A stretch of 64,000 nucleotides of DNA from NCBI GenBank assembly GCA_951406725.2, contig OX597822.1:62310001-62374000 (forward strand), in the 5' to 3' direction. This document shows, in pieces, positions 16,653 through 30,184 of the stretch. Below the pieces are notes generated by a model. That model did not search any database. It was not told where the DNA came from and was given only the letters and a program-made list of their open reading frames with translations. Every line of letters starts with the position of its first letter. Within the stretch, counting starts at the first letter, position 1. This DNA is from Octopus vulgaris. Taxonomy: Eukaryota. The translations under genes were made by a program, and so were the position numbers.

Positions 16653-17534
16653 AAAGTGTGAGCCGATGTGTCATCACCAATGCAGCAGCTGTGTCAGCAT
16701 GAATGTCCTTGAGAGATAAGCCCTTTTTCTGCAGGTACATGATAACACCACGTTGCCAAAGTTTGTCCATTTTCAAGAGAAGTCGCTACTAGTTACTCCT
16801 TGAGTCTTCTTTAAACAGTCAGATGTCAGTTTGCCTGGAAATAAACACTGCTGTTATTTATAAGAAGCGTTGAAATTAATGCCTGCAATATTTCACATTT
16901 CTAGCATCACTCCCTCATAGTCAGCCTATGAACTTTGCAGCACATACGCGTATGTTCTTTTCTGAGTGTTTTGTTTGTTTCTCGGTTTGTTGGAAGTGGT
17001 CAACCTTGTGGTTGTAGAGGATATAAAAGCTATATCTTGTACAAGAGATATTGGACATTCTTCTCGTTTTCATTCGACGGAAAGAAAACATAGACAGACA
17101 GAAACACACACGCACACATACACACACGTAATTGTACGTTATTCACATATATGCATATATAAACCACATAAATACATTGAAGGATTAAACTCATGTGCAT
17201 ATGTACATAAATTCTTAAATGTCTATACATATATAGATATACATGTATAGTAATCTCTCTCATATAGCGGTTCACCTATCGTAGTTTATTATTTAAGCTT
17301 ACGTCCATTCCTCCGACGTGTTGTTTTGTATCTATGATAAAATAAATATATACAAATTATAAAAAACTGATAAAAATATACAGTACAGTGGGGCGGAGTG
17401 GAAGGTAACACCCGCGATAGTCGAGGGATTACTGTATTTATATGTCACTCTCTATGTCTGTTTGTTTATCTATATATCTATCTACATCTATTTCTCTATA
17501 TACATCTATTTATACAAATATATAACTAGAATAG

Positions 17535-18652
17535 AAGTCAGGTGATAGCAGCCATTAACACGCAAATAGTGAGCGGTATTCCGCAGGGCATTGTGTTGGG
17601 ACCACTACTGTTCATAATGGCCCTCTCAGACATGCCCTCAGCCACGCAGAGAGCCACGATCACAAGTTATGCAGATGATACAAAAGTTTCACAGGCAATA
17701 CTGAACCCTGAAGACACTAAGCACCTGCAATGTGAGCTGGACGAAATATACAAGTGGGCTGAAAAGAATAGCATGCAGTTCAATGCTGAAAAGTTTCAAG
17801 CTTTATACTATCAGCATGCAAAACTGAATGCAATATCCAATGAATACACTGGACCCGGAGGGATTGCAATCCCAGAGGCACAATCAGTGCGTGACCTGGG
17901 TATTCACATGAGTGATGACGCGACCTTTCATGTACATGTTGCTAAACTGGCAATGAAATGTAGACGGCTGGCTGGCTGGATTCTTAGAACCTTTAGAACA
18001 AGAAACCATGATGGTCCTCTGGAAAACACTTGTCCTAAGCCACTTTGACTATTGCTCTCAGCTATGGTCACCATCCAGCGTCAAGTTGATCACAGAACTT
18101 GAGGCGATCCAACGAAGCTACACGAAGAAGATAGCCTCTGTGTAGCATATGAGCTACTGGGAAAGACTCAAGAGATTAAAGCTCTATTCCCTGGAGCGTA
18201 GGCGAGAAAGATATGCCATAATATATATCTGGAAGATCCTGGAAGGACTTGTGCCAAACTTTGGCATCGAGAGTCACACAAATGCCAGAACCGGGCGCCA
18301 CTGCGTAGTACCAAGGACTCCAAATTTGCCATCAAGATGTAGGACAAGATATTGTGATAGCCTGGGCTTCAGAGGCCCACAGCTCTTCAATATCCTCCCG
18401 AAGAACCTGAGGGATCTGCATAGTGTAGATGCGGATGTCTTTAAAGTAGGACTGGATCTCTTCCTGTCAGGTGTCCCGGATGAACCAACTTCTCGGCAGG
18501 AGGTGCAGATGAGGGCAGCTGCATCGAACTCTCTCATGCATCAGATGGCGTTTGCTAAAAAGCATCCGTGAGGTAAAATTGTGTAGCAAACCAAATGCCC
18601 CAGCATGCCCACAGCTCATTAGCTGAAACTGGAAAAATCAAAATCAATCAAA
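17535..18652 (+). mobile_element. 5'-truncated CR1/L2-group LINE (RT C-terminus + 3' UTR), disrupted
   Basis: SGIPQGIVLGPLLF, YADDTK, VRDLGI, YWERLKRLKLYSLERRRERY; 3' stem-loop CAGCTCATTAGCTG-AAAC and (AATC)-type tail. Confidence 0.92.
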
Positions 18653-18697
18653 TATATAAATACGAAAGCATGCTCATATATCTATTTAAACATACAT

Positions 18698-18863
18698 ACG
18701 CAGGAGTGGCTGTGTGGTAAGTAGCTTGCTTACCAACCATATTGTTCCGGGTTCATTCCCACTGCGTGACAGCTTGGGCAAGTGCCTTCTACTATGGCCT
18801 CAGACCGTCCAAAGCCGTGTGAGTGGATTTGGTAGGCGGAAATTGAAATAAGCCCGTCGTATA

Positions 18864-18906
<43 letters not shown>

Positions 18907-19045
18907 GACGGGCTTGCCCAAGCTGTCACGCAGTGGGAATGAACCCGGAACAATATGGTTGGTAAGCAAGCTACTTACCACACAGCCACTCCTGCGTATG
19001 TATGTTTAAATAGATATATGAGCATGCATTCGTATTTACATATAG

Positions 19046-19097
<52 letters not shown>

Positions 19098-19291
19098 GTT
19101 TGTGTGTCTGTGTTTGTCCCCCCAACAACCGATGCTGATGTGTTTACATCTCTGTAACTTAGTGGTTCGGCAAAAAACACCGATAGAATAAGTACTAGGC
19201 TTCCAAAGAATAAGTCCTGAGGGTGATTTGCTCGACTAAAAGGCGGTGCTACAGCATGGCCGCAGTCAAATGACTGAAACGAGTAAAGAGT
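18698..19291 (+). mobile_element. SINE family A interrupted by an inverted duplication inside its (TA)n tract
   Basis: Head 18698-18861; tail 19090-19291; 18913-19037 is the reverse complement of 18658-18782. Confidence 0.88.
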
Positions 19292-19356
19292 ATACATAAA
19301 TTTTCGTCTCTAAAACTAATCAATCCAATGAAGTCTGCTATTAACAGAACCATTAG

Positions 19357-19419
<63 letters not shown>

Positions 19420-20081
19420 CACGAATGAATATGTTTATGTATATATACATATAAATATTACGTATATATGCACATATTCGTCAATACGACCGCTCACTCC
19501 AATATCTGACATAGCGAGATTCCGGAGAAATATATTAGAAATATTATACGCACTGTTAAAAGATTTTCATTTATTCCCTCCAACCTCATGTATAGATAAT
19601 TACTCCATTTCAATGATGCGAATGCTACTATGTAAAATTATTGATTAAGGTAGCGTCGTAACCAGCACTAAGGATTTTGAACTGGAATACTGCATTAATT
19701 AAGCCCTTTGCTCTGTTGCTATGGATTACCAATCATACACAATTTATAAGCAAACACATATAACGTCTTGTTCTCGAAGATTACCGCAATCCACTAAAGA
19801 CATACGCACCATGCATACAAGAAACCGTATCATAGATATTAAAAATATCAAAGCTAAATTAACAAAAAAAAAAAAAAAAATTGACGCTTGGCTGTATTTT
19901 AAGAAGTTTGCTTCCTAACCACATCCTTTCAGGTTCAGTCCCTCTGTGGGGTAGAATAACGTGGTACAATTACATTAGTTGGAATTTTTCGTTACGAAAA
20001 TTTTAAAAACTACAAAAACTTTATCTGTATGTGCCCTATCATGGCCACAGCCTTAAGGTTGAAACGTATATAAACGAAATA

Positions 20082-20146
<65 letters not shown>

Positions 20147-20149
20147 AAT

Positions 20150-20196
20150 GTATATATAATATGAATAATATATATGCATATATACATACATATATA

Positions 20197-20238
<42 letters not shown>

Positions 20239-20530
20239 TAGGTACAGGACGTTACAAAACGTAAACAACATGAAATACGAAGACGGGTATGCGAACAACG
20301 AGAGAAACAAATGGAAAACAAGACAAGTAACATAAAGAACGATCCTTCATCAGTTGTCGGCTGTCCAACTACTCCTCATTTCGAGCAATTAACGACAAGT
20401 TTGCTTCTGTATTTCATGTTGCTTACGATTTCGTGACATCCTGTACCTATATATGCATATATATATATATATATACATATTATTGATATTATTAAATGAT
20501 TGAACGCCACGCATCCATTTCCAAGTAAGT
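20150..20530 (-). mobile_element. Permuted-hammerhead repeat family, divergent subfamily with inverted segment
   Basis: Minus: TTGTCG..GCTC-GAAAT...CGACAA-CTGATGA-AGG; 20419-20452 is an inverted copy of 20236-20278; GAACGCCACGCATCCATTTCCAAGTAAG matches 45720-45747. Confidence 0.65.
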
Positions 20531-20548
20531 ATATATATATATACATAC

Positions 20549-20614
<66 letters not shown>

Positions 20615-20621
<7 letters not shown>

Positions 20622-21289
20622 TAAGAACTTTCCGGTCCAAAGAACAAGGTGTCATCATACCACTTTTCTCCTCCTTTGTACGGCCACACCTCGAATACTG
20701 CTGCCCACTGTGGTCTCCCCATACAAGATAAAACATCTCGAGGATTGAATCACCCCAGAGGGCACTCACTAAATGAATTGAAGGCATGGCTGCTCTCGAT
20801 TATTGGGACCGCTTTAAAGCCTTGAAACTCTACTCTCTCCAGCGTCGCCGTGAGCGGTACATCATTTGTACGATGTGGAGAATATACCGCCAACTTTGCC
20901 CAAACGACCTGAACATTAGCTTCAAGATTCATCCAAGACTGGGACCACGGGCCATAGTCCCCTGCCCAATTCAAGATCACAGCATACATGTACACTGCAA
21001 CATAATTTCTTTTCCTCAACAGGCCCTGCCCTATTTAACATTGTCCCGAAAGAGATCAAAGAGGAAAAGGATCCCATCAACTTTAAACGGAGTCTGGATA
21101 GATTCCTTCAAGGAATACCAGATAAGCCACCCATAATTGGATACAACTCACCCAACAAAAACTCACTACTTGAATGGACCATAAACAAAACTTGACTTAA
21201 GAAGAATTCAAATAATCCTATCAAGTGGTGCTATTAAGTTAGACATGGCCTGGACCAATCTTTGGTCGAAACATATCTAAGTTTATCTA

Positions 21290-21293
<4 letters not shown>
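20615..21293 (+). mobile_element. 5'-truncated CR1/L2-group LINE 3' end inserted in (TA)n
   Basis: RPHLEYCCPLWSP, YWDRFKALKLYSLQRRRERY; near-identical to 39093-39773; tail (TATCTAAGTT)x2. Confidence 0.93.
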
Positions 21294-21344
<51 letters not shown>

Positions 21345-21432
21345 TGTGTGACTTTCCTGTCCGGCATTCGCCATGATAGATCGCTACCCTCTACACCTTC
21401 TTTATTTTCTCTCCTTGTTTCTTTCAGTGTTC

Positions 21433-21468
21433 CTTTCTGTGGAAGAGCGTAGGCTCGAAACGTTAAAG
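21433..21468 (+). ncRNA. Minimal Penelope-type hammerhead-like motif (variant core)
   Basis: CTTT-CTGTGGA-A-GAGC-GTAG-GCTC-GAAACGT-T-AAAG: stem I CTTT/AAAG, stem II GAGC/GCTC, palindromic stem III ACGT; A6 replaced by U. Confidence 0.45.
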
Positions 21469-22032
21469 ACTCCTTCACTTCCCAAGCATTAAACTAATAC
21501 ATCTAATTGATGTATTATGTCTGAAACTTATCTACAAACTTCTCGGTTGAGGATTTTGATTTCCTACAGAATGTCAGAGGACTGGAAAGTATAGAGGAAA
21601 CAGATACCTTATGTGAATATAGAAAAATAGCATAACACTTTCTTCAGGCAAAAGAATTCTATAGCAAAAGTATTTCTGTTAAAAGTTTCTGGAAAATGTT
21701 TATGTGAAATTTTCTTTAACGATTCTATGATTAATATGTACAAAAATATATATGGAATTTTCAAATATCTGACAGTAAATATTTGATATAGGCGTCTAGG
21801 CAATATGGAGACATTTTAACAGTAGTAACTGATATTGTTTTATTTGTGAATAGTATAACAAACAAATGAATATTTATTAGATTTGGCAGCAAAAGAAATT
21901 CATGATACTATGTGTGATTTGGCTAAAATCCTTACGCTTCACAATTTTGAATTGTAACAATTTGTGAACCATAATGTGGTGTCTTGAAGAGAGTGTTTTG
22001 TAGCCAACATTATGTTTAAATATTAATGTATA

Positions 22033-22205
22033 AGCGTAGGAGTGGCTGTGTGGTAAGTAGCTTGCTTACCAACCACATGGTTCCAGGTTCAGTCCCACTG
22101 CGTGACACCCACCTTGGGCAAGTGTCTTCTACTATAGCCTCGGGCCGACCAAAGCCTTGTGAGTGGATATGATAGACGGAAACTGAAAGAAGCCCGTCGT
22201 ATAAA

Positions 22206-22282
<77 letters not shown>

Positions 22283-22507
22283 CTGTGTTTGTGTGTCTGT
22301 GTTTGTCCTCCCAACATCGCTTGACAACCGATGCTGGTGTGTTTACGTCCCCGTAATTTAGCGGTTCTTCAAAAGAGACCGATAGAATAAGTACTAGGCG
22401 TACAAAGAATAAGTCCTGGGGTCGATTTGCTCGACTAAAGGCGGTGCTCCAGCATGGCCACAGTCAAATGACTGAAACAAGTAAAAGTGTAAACAAGTAA
22501 AAGAGTA
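22033..22507 (+). mobile_element. SINE family A, full length
   Basis: A box TGGCTGTGTGG, B box GGTTCAGTCCC, internal (TA)n(TG)n, tail CAGTCAAATGACTGAAACAAGTAAAAG. Confidence 0.92.
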
Positions 22508-22657
22508 CTCTTATTTTGAATCTTAGAAGTTTTTGCAGTGCTAAAATCCAGCCTTGCTTACGTTAAATATTCGCATACAAACACGCGTATCTGTATTTAT
22601 TTAAGCATGTATTCTCATAGAATCATTCACGTTTAACAGAACGTACTTGTGAGCCTA

Positions 22658-23545
22658 TACGAGGGGTATTCATTAAAGATTTCCCTCGGACCCACTTCCG
22701 GCTATTGCAGGAAACGGAACTTGTGTAGGTAAAATGAAATATGTCTCTAGTTTTCATATTGTAAATCGCAACTTTTCACTAATATTCGTTTGTCTTCTAC
22801 GGCTGCTGAAGTGGACTAAGGTGTTATAATGGAGGCAGTCGAATGCAGATCAGTGATCAGGTTCTTATACTTGAATGGTCGTACATAAAAAAAGACTTTA
22901 AATGAAAAGAAAGAAGATTATGGTGACGATACACCATCATACGACGTAGCCAAGCACTGGCATCGCCAATTGAAATGTGGTGGGATATCGGTGGAAACTG
23001 TTTCTATTCCGGGATGACCACATTCCACCATTGATGATGACACCATTCATAAAGTGGAAGCCGCCATTTTGGAGGATCACCGCATAACTAATCGGCAATT
23101 AGCCCAAGAAGTGAAGATAAGTGTAGGTTACATGGAAAAAATTATTCACGACCATTTGCACATCTGGAAGTTGTCTGCAGGAAGGATTCCCCGGATGCTG
23201 TCACCTTTTCAGAAGCAGGAACGAGTCAATTGCTCCTAGGCAATGTACCAAGAAAACCAGGAGGACTTTTTCGGTAGACTTATCACACATAATGAAACAT
23301 GGGTCCATTAATATGAAAGAATGGAAGCATAATAATTCACCAACTCCAAAGATGGCTCGTGTTCAATCCTCAGCAGTCTCTTTTGAAGGGGAAGCACTTT
23401 TCGGATGATGGTGAACTTATTTCCGAGGTAAAGTCTTGGCTCCATTCGTAACCTACCGACATCTACAGACGAGATCTTCACAACTGCATAAAGTGATTGA
23501 AGAAGTGTGTCACCATTGCAGGTGGCTATGTAGAGAAGGACTATT
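22658..23545 (+). mobile_element. Decayed mariner (Tc1/mariner) transposon
   Basis: Left end TACGAGGGG; translation RSVIRFLYL...YGDDTPSYDVAKHWHRQLKCG...ILEDHRITNRQLAQEVKIS...RIPRML...LITHNETWVH with stops and deletions. Confidence 0.88.
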
Positions 23546-23889
23546 AAGGAAATGCGTTTAAAAACACTTATGAAACATGAATATATTAACTATGGCTATT
23601 GTAATATGCAAATATACCAAATATATGAATGTGTGAATAACAAAAAACTATGTCCGAAATATTTCGGTATAGAATCACGTAAAGATGTTTTTAAATCATG
23701 AAAACTTAATTTAAAATTCATATGAAACTTATTTCAAAATTTGGAAAGCTTGATAAATTCATTATATAAAAGATGGGTTTTTTTTTTTCTAACAAAACTA
23801 TTCCAGTCCTATAAGTATACATCTTGTATATAAAGATGCATCTGTATAAAATTGTCATATAATGATTGTGCATTAGGCATATCTTTTAT

Positions 23890-24126
23890 TTTTTACTTGT
23901 TTTAGACATCAGACTGAGTCTGTGTTGGGGCCCTGCTTTTAAGTGTTTTAGTTGAATAACGCGACCCCAGGACCTAACTTTTAAAAGCCTAGTGCTTATT
24001 CTATCAGGTTCTTTCGCCGAACAACTAAGTTACAGAACGTAAACACATCAACAGCAGTTGTCAAGCGGCGGTGAAGGGCAAACGTCGACACAATGACATA
24101 CACACACTCATATATACGTACATACG

Positions 24127-24206
<80 letters not shown>

Positions 24207-24360
24207 GACAGGCATCTTCCAGTTTCGGTCTACCAAATGACAGGCTTTGGTCAACATGATCTGTAGTAGAAGACACTTGCTCAAGTTGCCACTCGGTGGG
24301 AATGAACCTAGAACGATGTGGTTGGAAAGCAAAATTCTTACGATACAGCTATACCTGCGT
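23890..24360 (-). mobile_element. Diverged SINE family A copy
   Basis: TTTTACTTGTTT..., CCTAGTGCTTATTCTATC, TAGTAGAAGACACTTGCTCAAG, GAACCTAGAAC. Confidence 0.75.
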
Positions 24361-24378
24361 CTATATGCACATCCGCGC

Positions 24379-24468
<90 letters not shown>

Positions 24469-25169
24469 AGAATTATATGAAGAGAGAAAGATAGAACCGT
24501 GGAACTCCACTACCCATGAGGAAATATACGTATAAACATGAATAAATATTCATACTTACGCGCACTTACACATTCAAAATTATACCCATTTTCAGGGTCA
24601 CATGCACAACTGTTCACGCATACCTACACACATATATGTATACATTATGCATGCGTATATGCACATATACACGTAGGTAGCTTACATTTACATAGAGTAA
24701 ACGCAGTTTTACATGCAGGTATGTACGAGGTTTTGGCAAATGCTTCTTTGGGCATTCAGTTATATATAATCAATACATGTGCTTATGCTGACATATGATC
24801 CGCATACGCCCACATGCATACATATATACAGGCACATACAAGTATGAATATGGAAATGCATACATGAATGCTTACATAAATACATGCATGAATGCTCAGG
24901 CATATACTGTACATCAAAATCCATACATGCATACTGTATACATATGCATATGTATACGTTCACGTAACTGCAGAATGCATACATAGACAAATATGCATAA
25001 ATTCGGACACTTTCATGTATACACTTGCGCATACAGTAATATTTAGGCATATAAGCGCATATACACAAACATGTAAACTCTACGTTGTGTTTACAAAATA
25101 TGATTCAGGATTTTGGATTTGAAACATATACGTTTAATATAGAAAATATTAAGTTAGAACATGCCATAC

Positions 25170-26800
25170 AGATTATGGATGTAAGCTTAAAGTATTGGGT
25201 GCAGAGAACAGAATATCTGGAAGGATAGAGTAAGAATTGTCGTTGCCTGAGGCTTTAAACTTGCAGGTTAGTTCTGAAGTTTTTAGAAAGGTTTTTGGAC
25301 TTGTGCATACGAAAGAGAATAAACTCCAATTTTGAGTTCGAGGTTGATTTGCTATGAAATAGCATATTCATTTCTCTCTGGTGTAGAGGCTGGAGTTACC
25401 TATTTTTTGTTCATATATATAAGCCAGTTTATACACTTTTTTATTTGATCCTATAGCTAGTGTTCTATTGGTCTTTTGCTAACTAAATATGTGTTTTTTA
25501 GAAAAGTTTCCGATTCTCGATTGATGTTTCTGAGAATGTTAGTATAGTGAATCTGAAAGTGTTCTCTGTTAAAGTGAGGTAGAATCTGGCTGTCTTGTTA
25601 TTATTCGTGAAGACATCTACTCGGTATACAACTGAATTTATAAGATAAAGACCACCATCTAGCGAACAAGTATTTTGGTTAATGTAGAAACGGTTTAGAG
25701 TTGCTGGCGTGTGAAAGGTTCCTGGTGCTGCTATTTGCTATGTGTGCTACAAATTTAGATGTGCAGCTGTAGTTTAGCTTGTTTCTTTTCTTTTCTTCAA
25801 TATTTCATGCATTTTGTGGCTGTTGTTGGAGGAAGCACCTTTATATTGAAATTAAGGTGTTGACGAGGTTTGCTAGGCTTTTACAAATAAAGTTGGGATT
25901 TGAGGCATAGTATGTTGCGTTTGCGTTGTTCACTGGAGTTACTAGTAGTTCTCACTATGTATTGTATGCTACCCATGAAGAAACTTAGCATTAGTGTATC
26001 CGTTTAACTGAGAAGCTCTTGTGAAATGGACTCATCTATAAATAGACTTGGTAGGTGAATAATATTATTCACTAAGGCATTAACGATGAAAATAATTAGA
26101 TAAATAATGTGTTGATACATAGTAGACTCGACTCGTTACATTTGTTTTTTTAAAGGAGAAATAACGGCCATTGCTTAGGTTAAGCGCAATATATATACGA
26201 AAGAAACTTTTGCTGATTTTTTTCTTCCTTTATGGTTCTTTTGTCTACTAATTTCAGTTGTAGTGGTTTTCAGTAATCTCTAGGTGGGCTTATAGGAGAA
26301 GTTTTGATGGTGGCCTTTAAGAGCTATTTAAGGTGTGTATAGTACTAAGCGTTCAACTCTCTCTTCCATGTCTAATTTGGAATGTTTTTCAGCTCTTGGT
26401 TTATCAAGTCGAAAATATTGTAGTGATGTATCTTTTGTAAATGTCGGTTATCCTTTACAGAAGAGTTTATTGTATCTATACCAAACAGGTTCGTACCAGT
26501 TGCTTTTCTTTTGTCCGACAGTACAAAGATATTTTATGAAACTGAATTTAATTATAATATTTTAGAAAATCTAATTGAAACCATCCACATTTATAAAACC
26601 AGCCACACATTGTTGAAGATATCAGAATCAAAGTTTTGTAACTATTTGTTGTTTTCCGAACAAGTGTCGAAATAGGCATATTCTTTTGTTCCGACATCTT
26701 CGGTTCAGTATAAGAAATAGGCACATTCTTGAAAATTGAACTGTATTTTATTTCATAATTCAAATCTTTAACTAAGCTGCAATGTGTGATCGGCGGTGAG
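25170..26800 (-). mobile_element. Highly decayed Penelope-like element (RT to GIY-YIG remnants)
   Basis: Minus-strand remnants NKLNYSCTSK and NTCSLDGGLYLINSVVYRVDV...FYLTLTENTFR resemble the PLE KLSYSC and CPLDG.CL..SVVY..YIGLTE.TFK motifs; many stops; boundaries approximate. Confidence 0.5.
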
Positions 26801-27099
26801 AGCTACATAATGACTGGTTATATCAAATGGCTAGTTACATCAAACTGGCGTAATTGCAATTAAGTGAAAGAGTTATCGATTCTCTGACGTAGAGTAGCAT
26901 ACTATTTATTCAATGCTGTTTCGGTGTTAGCCGCTTCCGAATGTACACGGTCCTGATTTTCAGGCGACTGGTAATAAACTTATGGAGTTTCTTTATGTAT
27001 ATCTCGGTTGGAGAAACTTGATAAGAAGTTATAAGTTCTCATATAAGTATTTATCAATGCAAAAAAGTATAAAAAATTTTCTGAAAATCATTCAAAATG

Positions 27100-27323
27100 T
27101 GTTTCGTTTTTGGATTTGGTTTGCAAGATTCTTTATGTGAGTTCGTGTGTTGAAGCATATTTTGTTGTTTCTGGGGAGAGTCATTCTCTTTTAGGGCCTT
27201 ATTATTTAACACACTCACCGGTACAGTAGAAAAATATATAAGTAAATGAGCAGAAACTTTATCGGTGAGTGTGTTAGATAATAAGGCACTAAAAGAGGAT
27301 GACTCTCCCCAGACACAACAAAA
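27100..27323. repeat. Asymmetric fold-back repeat (family shared with 32102-32330)
   Basis: CTGGGGAGAGTCATTCTCTTTTAGGGCCTTATTATTTAACACACTCACCG / CGGTGAGTGTGTTAGATAATAAGGCACTAAAAGAGGATGACTCTCCCCAG. Confidence 0.8.
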
Positions 27324-28149
27324 GTCAAAATTTGATTCTACGAAATATTTCTGTTTAATAGTTTGTATTAAAAGTTCTATAAAATTTCCATAAATATAAG
27401 TTCGTATGGAAACTTCTGTGAGAAATTTTAAAGAAATTAAGTCTATGATAAATAACAAATGGTAAATAATGAATATTATAGGAAGTCTTTAACAAAGGGG
27501 AATGTTTGTGTGGAGTTTAAAACAAAATTACAATGAGCACTACAAGAGAGAATTAAATAACTCTATATTGGTTTAGCACCATGAATAATTTTGACAATGT
27601 TATTCAGCCACAAAGGTAATGGCTGTGTGTTTACGGTAGATGTTTCTTGAATGTACTGTCTTGTAGTAGACATTAAATTTACAAGATCTATTATTCATAT
27701 TTGCAAGATCTATTATTATATTTACAAGATCTATTATTCAATGAAAGTATTATGAGTATAACCTTTCTATTAACGGACCTATAGTATTTAAAGTTCACAT
27801 GTTGGTAGAGAAAATTTTCTTCTATTCAATGTTATTATTCAACAGCACCGTTACACCCGCTTCTTCAAAGACACTTTCGCCTCGGCTCAGTCAAGAAAAT
27901 CTTTATAACCGAAGATTTCGTCACGTTTCTTGCGCCTAGCAGAGGGATGATGCCATTTCGTGCACTAAGCCTTATATATTCGTCCATAATCTATCTTCAG
28001 TCAGTAGTTCGAAAAAACGTGATTTCATTGACTTTAAACGCTTTCAGCAGATCAGATAAAACCTCCAGCATTCGCTCTTTCAAATCGGATGCATTATTAT
28101 CACAGTGTAGTTGTACAACAAGCTCACAGATTGTGACTCGTTTGAGCGA

Positions 28150-29000
28150 CTCAATTCATCAAGGAAGTTTGAACAAAAAGTTTGAACAAAAAGCCAACTT
28201 TAAAATTTTGCTTTAAACTTGTGACGTCTGCTACAGAGACATTGAGCATGCTTCGACAACCTTACGATGATGTGGCAATGTGTCGTACACAATATTTTGA
28301 GAGTCACGGGTGCTTCAAAAGCAGAAGAACGTCCCTGAAAGACGATGAGCGATCTGGAAGCCCTCTCACGAGTCATACATCCGAAAATGTGGAAACAAAA
28401 TTGATCACCTTGTGCATGAGGATCGTAGGAGGACAATTAACGACATTGATGATGTTTTGATCTGTCGTATGAATCCGTACAGGCAATACTGACGTCAGAA
28501 TTGAACATGCGGTGTGTCTCAGGCAAGTTTGTCCCCCACCTGTCGTCAAGATTTCCATCAACGTATCGCTGATGACCCATTCTTCATGTCCAGGATCATC
28601 ACCGGTAACGAGAGTTGGGTCTACGGGCGCACACACTGGGATGAGGTAGCAGTCATCACAATGGAAGAGCACTTCATCTCCAGGACCGTTTTTGGCATCC
28701 GCAGTATTGTGCATCGAGAGTACGACCTCCAGAGCCAGACAGTCAATCGAAATTTCTACGATGACGTTTTGAAGCGTTTGATGGAGAACATTCGGCGAAA
28801 GCGACCGGATATATGTGAGCGAAGAATTGGATTCTTCATGACGACAATGCCACCGAACTCTTCTCGGTGTATTTCTCGGTGAGTTTCTTGCCAAAAAACA
28901 ACACGGTATCTCCTCCGCACCCGCCTATTCGCCATGTTTAGCATCTGCAGATTTCCATCTCTTCCCCAAGATGAAAATGAAGCGCAAAGCTCTTTTAACG
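28150..29000 (+). mobile_element. Decayed mariner transposase
   Basis: KFCFKL..SATET..ML, SLKDDERSG.P, RIITGNESWVYG, YDDVLKRLMENIRRKRP, HDDNA, PHPPYSP..ASADFHLFPKMK across frames. Confidence 0.9.
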
Positions 29001-29484
29001 CCTTTGTCGAGATCCAGAGCGCATATTATTTATGTTTATCAAAGTAAGAAAGCAAGACGGCAAAAACAAAAATATTTGGCAAACAGAAAGCAGTATAGTA
29101 TGCTCAGGGCTTAAACAAAAGTTTTCATATTTTCCTGTATCCACACCTGTGTGCACGCGCACACACACATACACACACACACACACGTAAGCACTCAAAC
29201 ACATAAACGTGCACACATGCACATACTCATACACATACCCACGTACATGAAAAATAAACCATCAACACAAAGAAATTTCAAATTCCAAATTTTAAAATAC
29301 ACACATATACGCAAAACAAAACCGCATACATTAAGAATTTTGAAATAGACAAACATATACAAATAGATACGTATAAAGAACCTTCTAATATGCAAAGTAT
29401 ACAACGCAGTTACACCAATGTATACCAACGCACTTAGACAATAATCTTTTCTACTAAACAAAAACAAGACCTGAAATTCTGGGG

Positions 29485-29620
29485 CACGAGTTTAGTCAAC
29501 CAAATTGATCATAGTGCTCAACTGGTACTTAATTTAGAGGGAAAGTCGACCGTGGCAAAATTGAAACTCAGAAAATGAAAGCGAACGAAAAGCCGCTAAG
29601 CATTTCGTCCGGCGCAAAAA
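29485..29620 (-). mobile_element. Diverged SINE family B fragment
   Basis: ACTGGTACTTAATTT...AAAGTCGACC...TTGAAACTCAGAA...CCGCTAAGCATTTCGTCCGGCG. Confidence 0.65.
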
Positions 29621-29794
29621 GACGCTCACACCGAGTCATAAACAAATACATGTATATCAAGATTCTTCAACTACACAAACTGAGAAAATATTATAGAAGC
29701 ACAAATACACACAGACGCATATACGTATACTAAGAATCTTCAGATACAGACGTATAAATACAAACACACACAGACACACGTGCACACATTTTTG

Positions 29795-29980
29795 TTTTCA
29801 TTTTCTACGTGTTTCAATCATTAGACATGAAGCATTTCTTTTAGTTTCCGTCTACCAAATGCACTGACAGAGCTTTGGTTGATATGGGAATATAGTAGAA
29901 GATACTTACCCAAGTGTCCATGGAATGGAACCGAACGCGGAACAAACCAGACTTCTCACCATATAACAGCCCCTGCGGCT
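29795..29980 (-). mobile_element. Diverged, deleted SINE family A fragment
   Basis: GTTTCCGTCTACCAAAT...TATAGTAGAAGATACTTACCCAAG. Confidence 0.65.
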
Positions 29981-30081
29981 ATATGTGAAGAATTTGTAAA
30001 AAGTATTTTGCGTGTAATGGTCATTTACATATTGATGTGTGTATAATCAACTTGTAATTGTTTACGTGCATATGTATGCAC

Positions 30082-30184
<103 letters not shown>

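Noticed and set aside
22033-22110. tRNA-like A/B boxes (also 46470, 53800, 32960)
   Set aside because: These are SINE heads continuing into multi-copy bodies and tails; no complete cloverleaf
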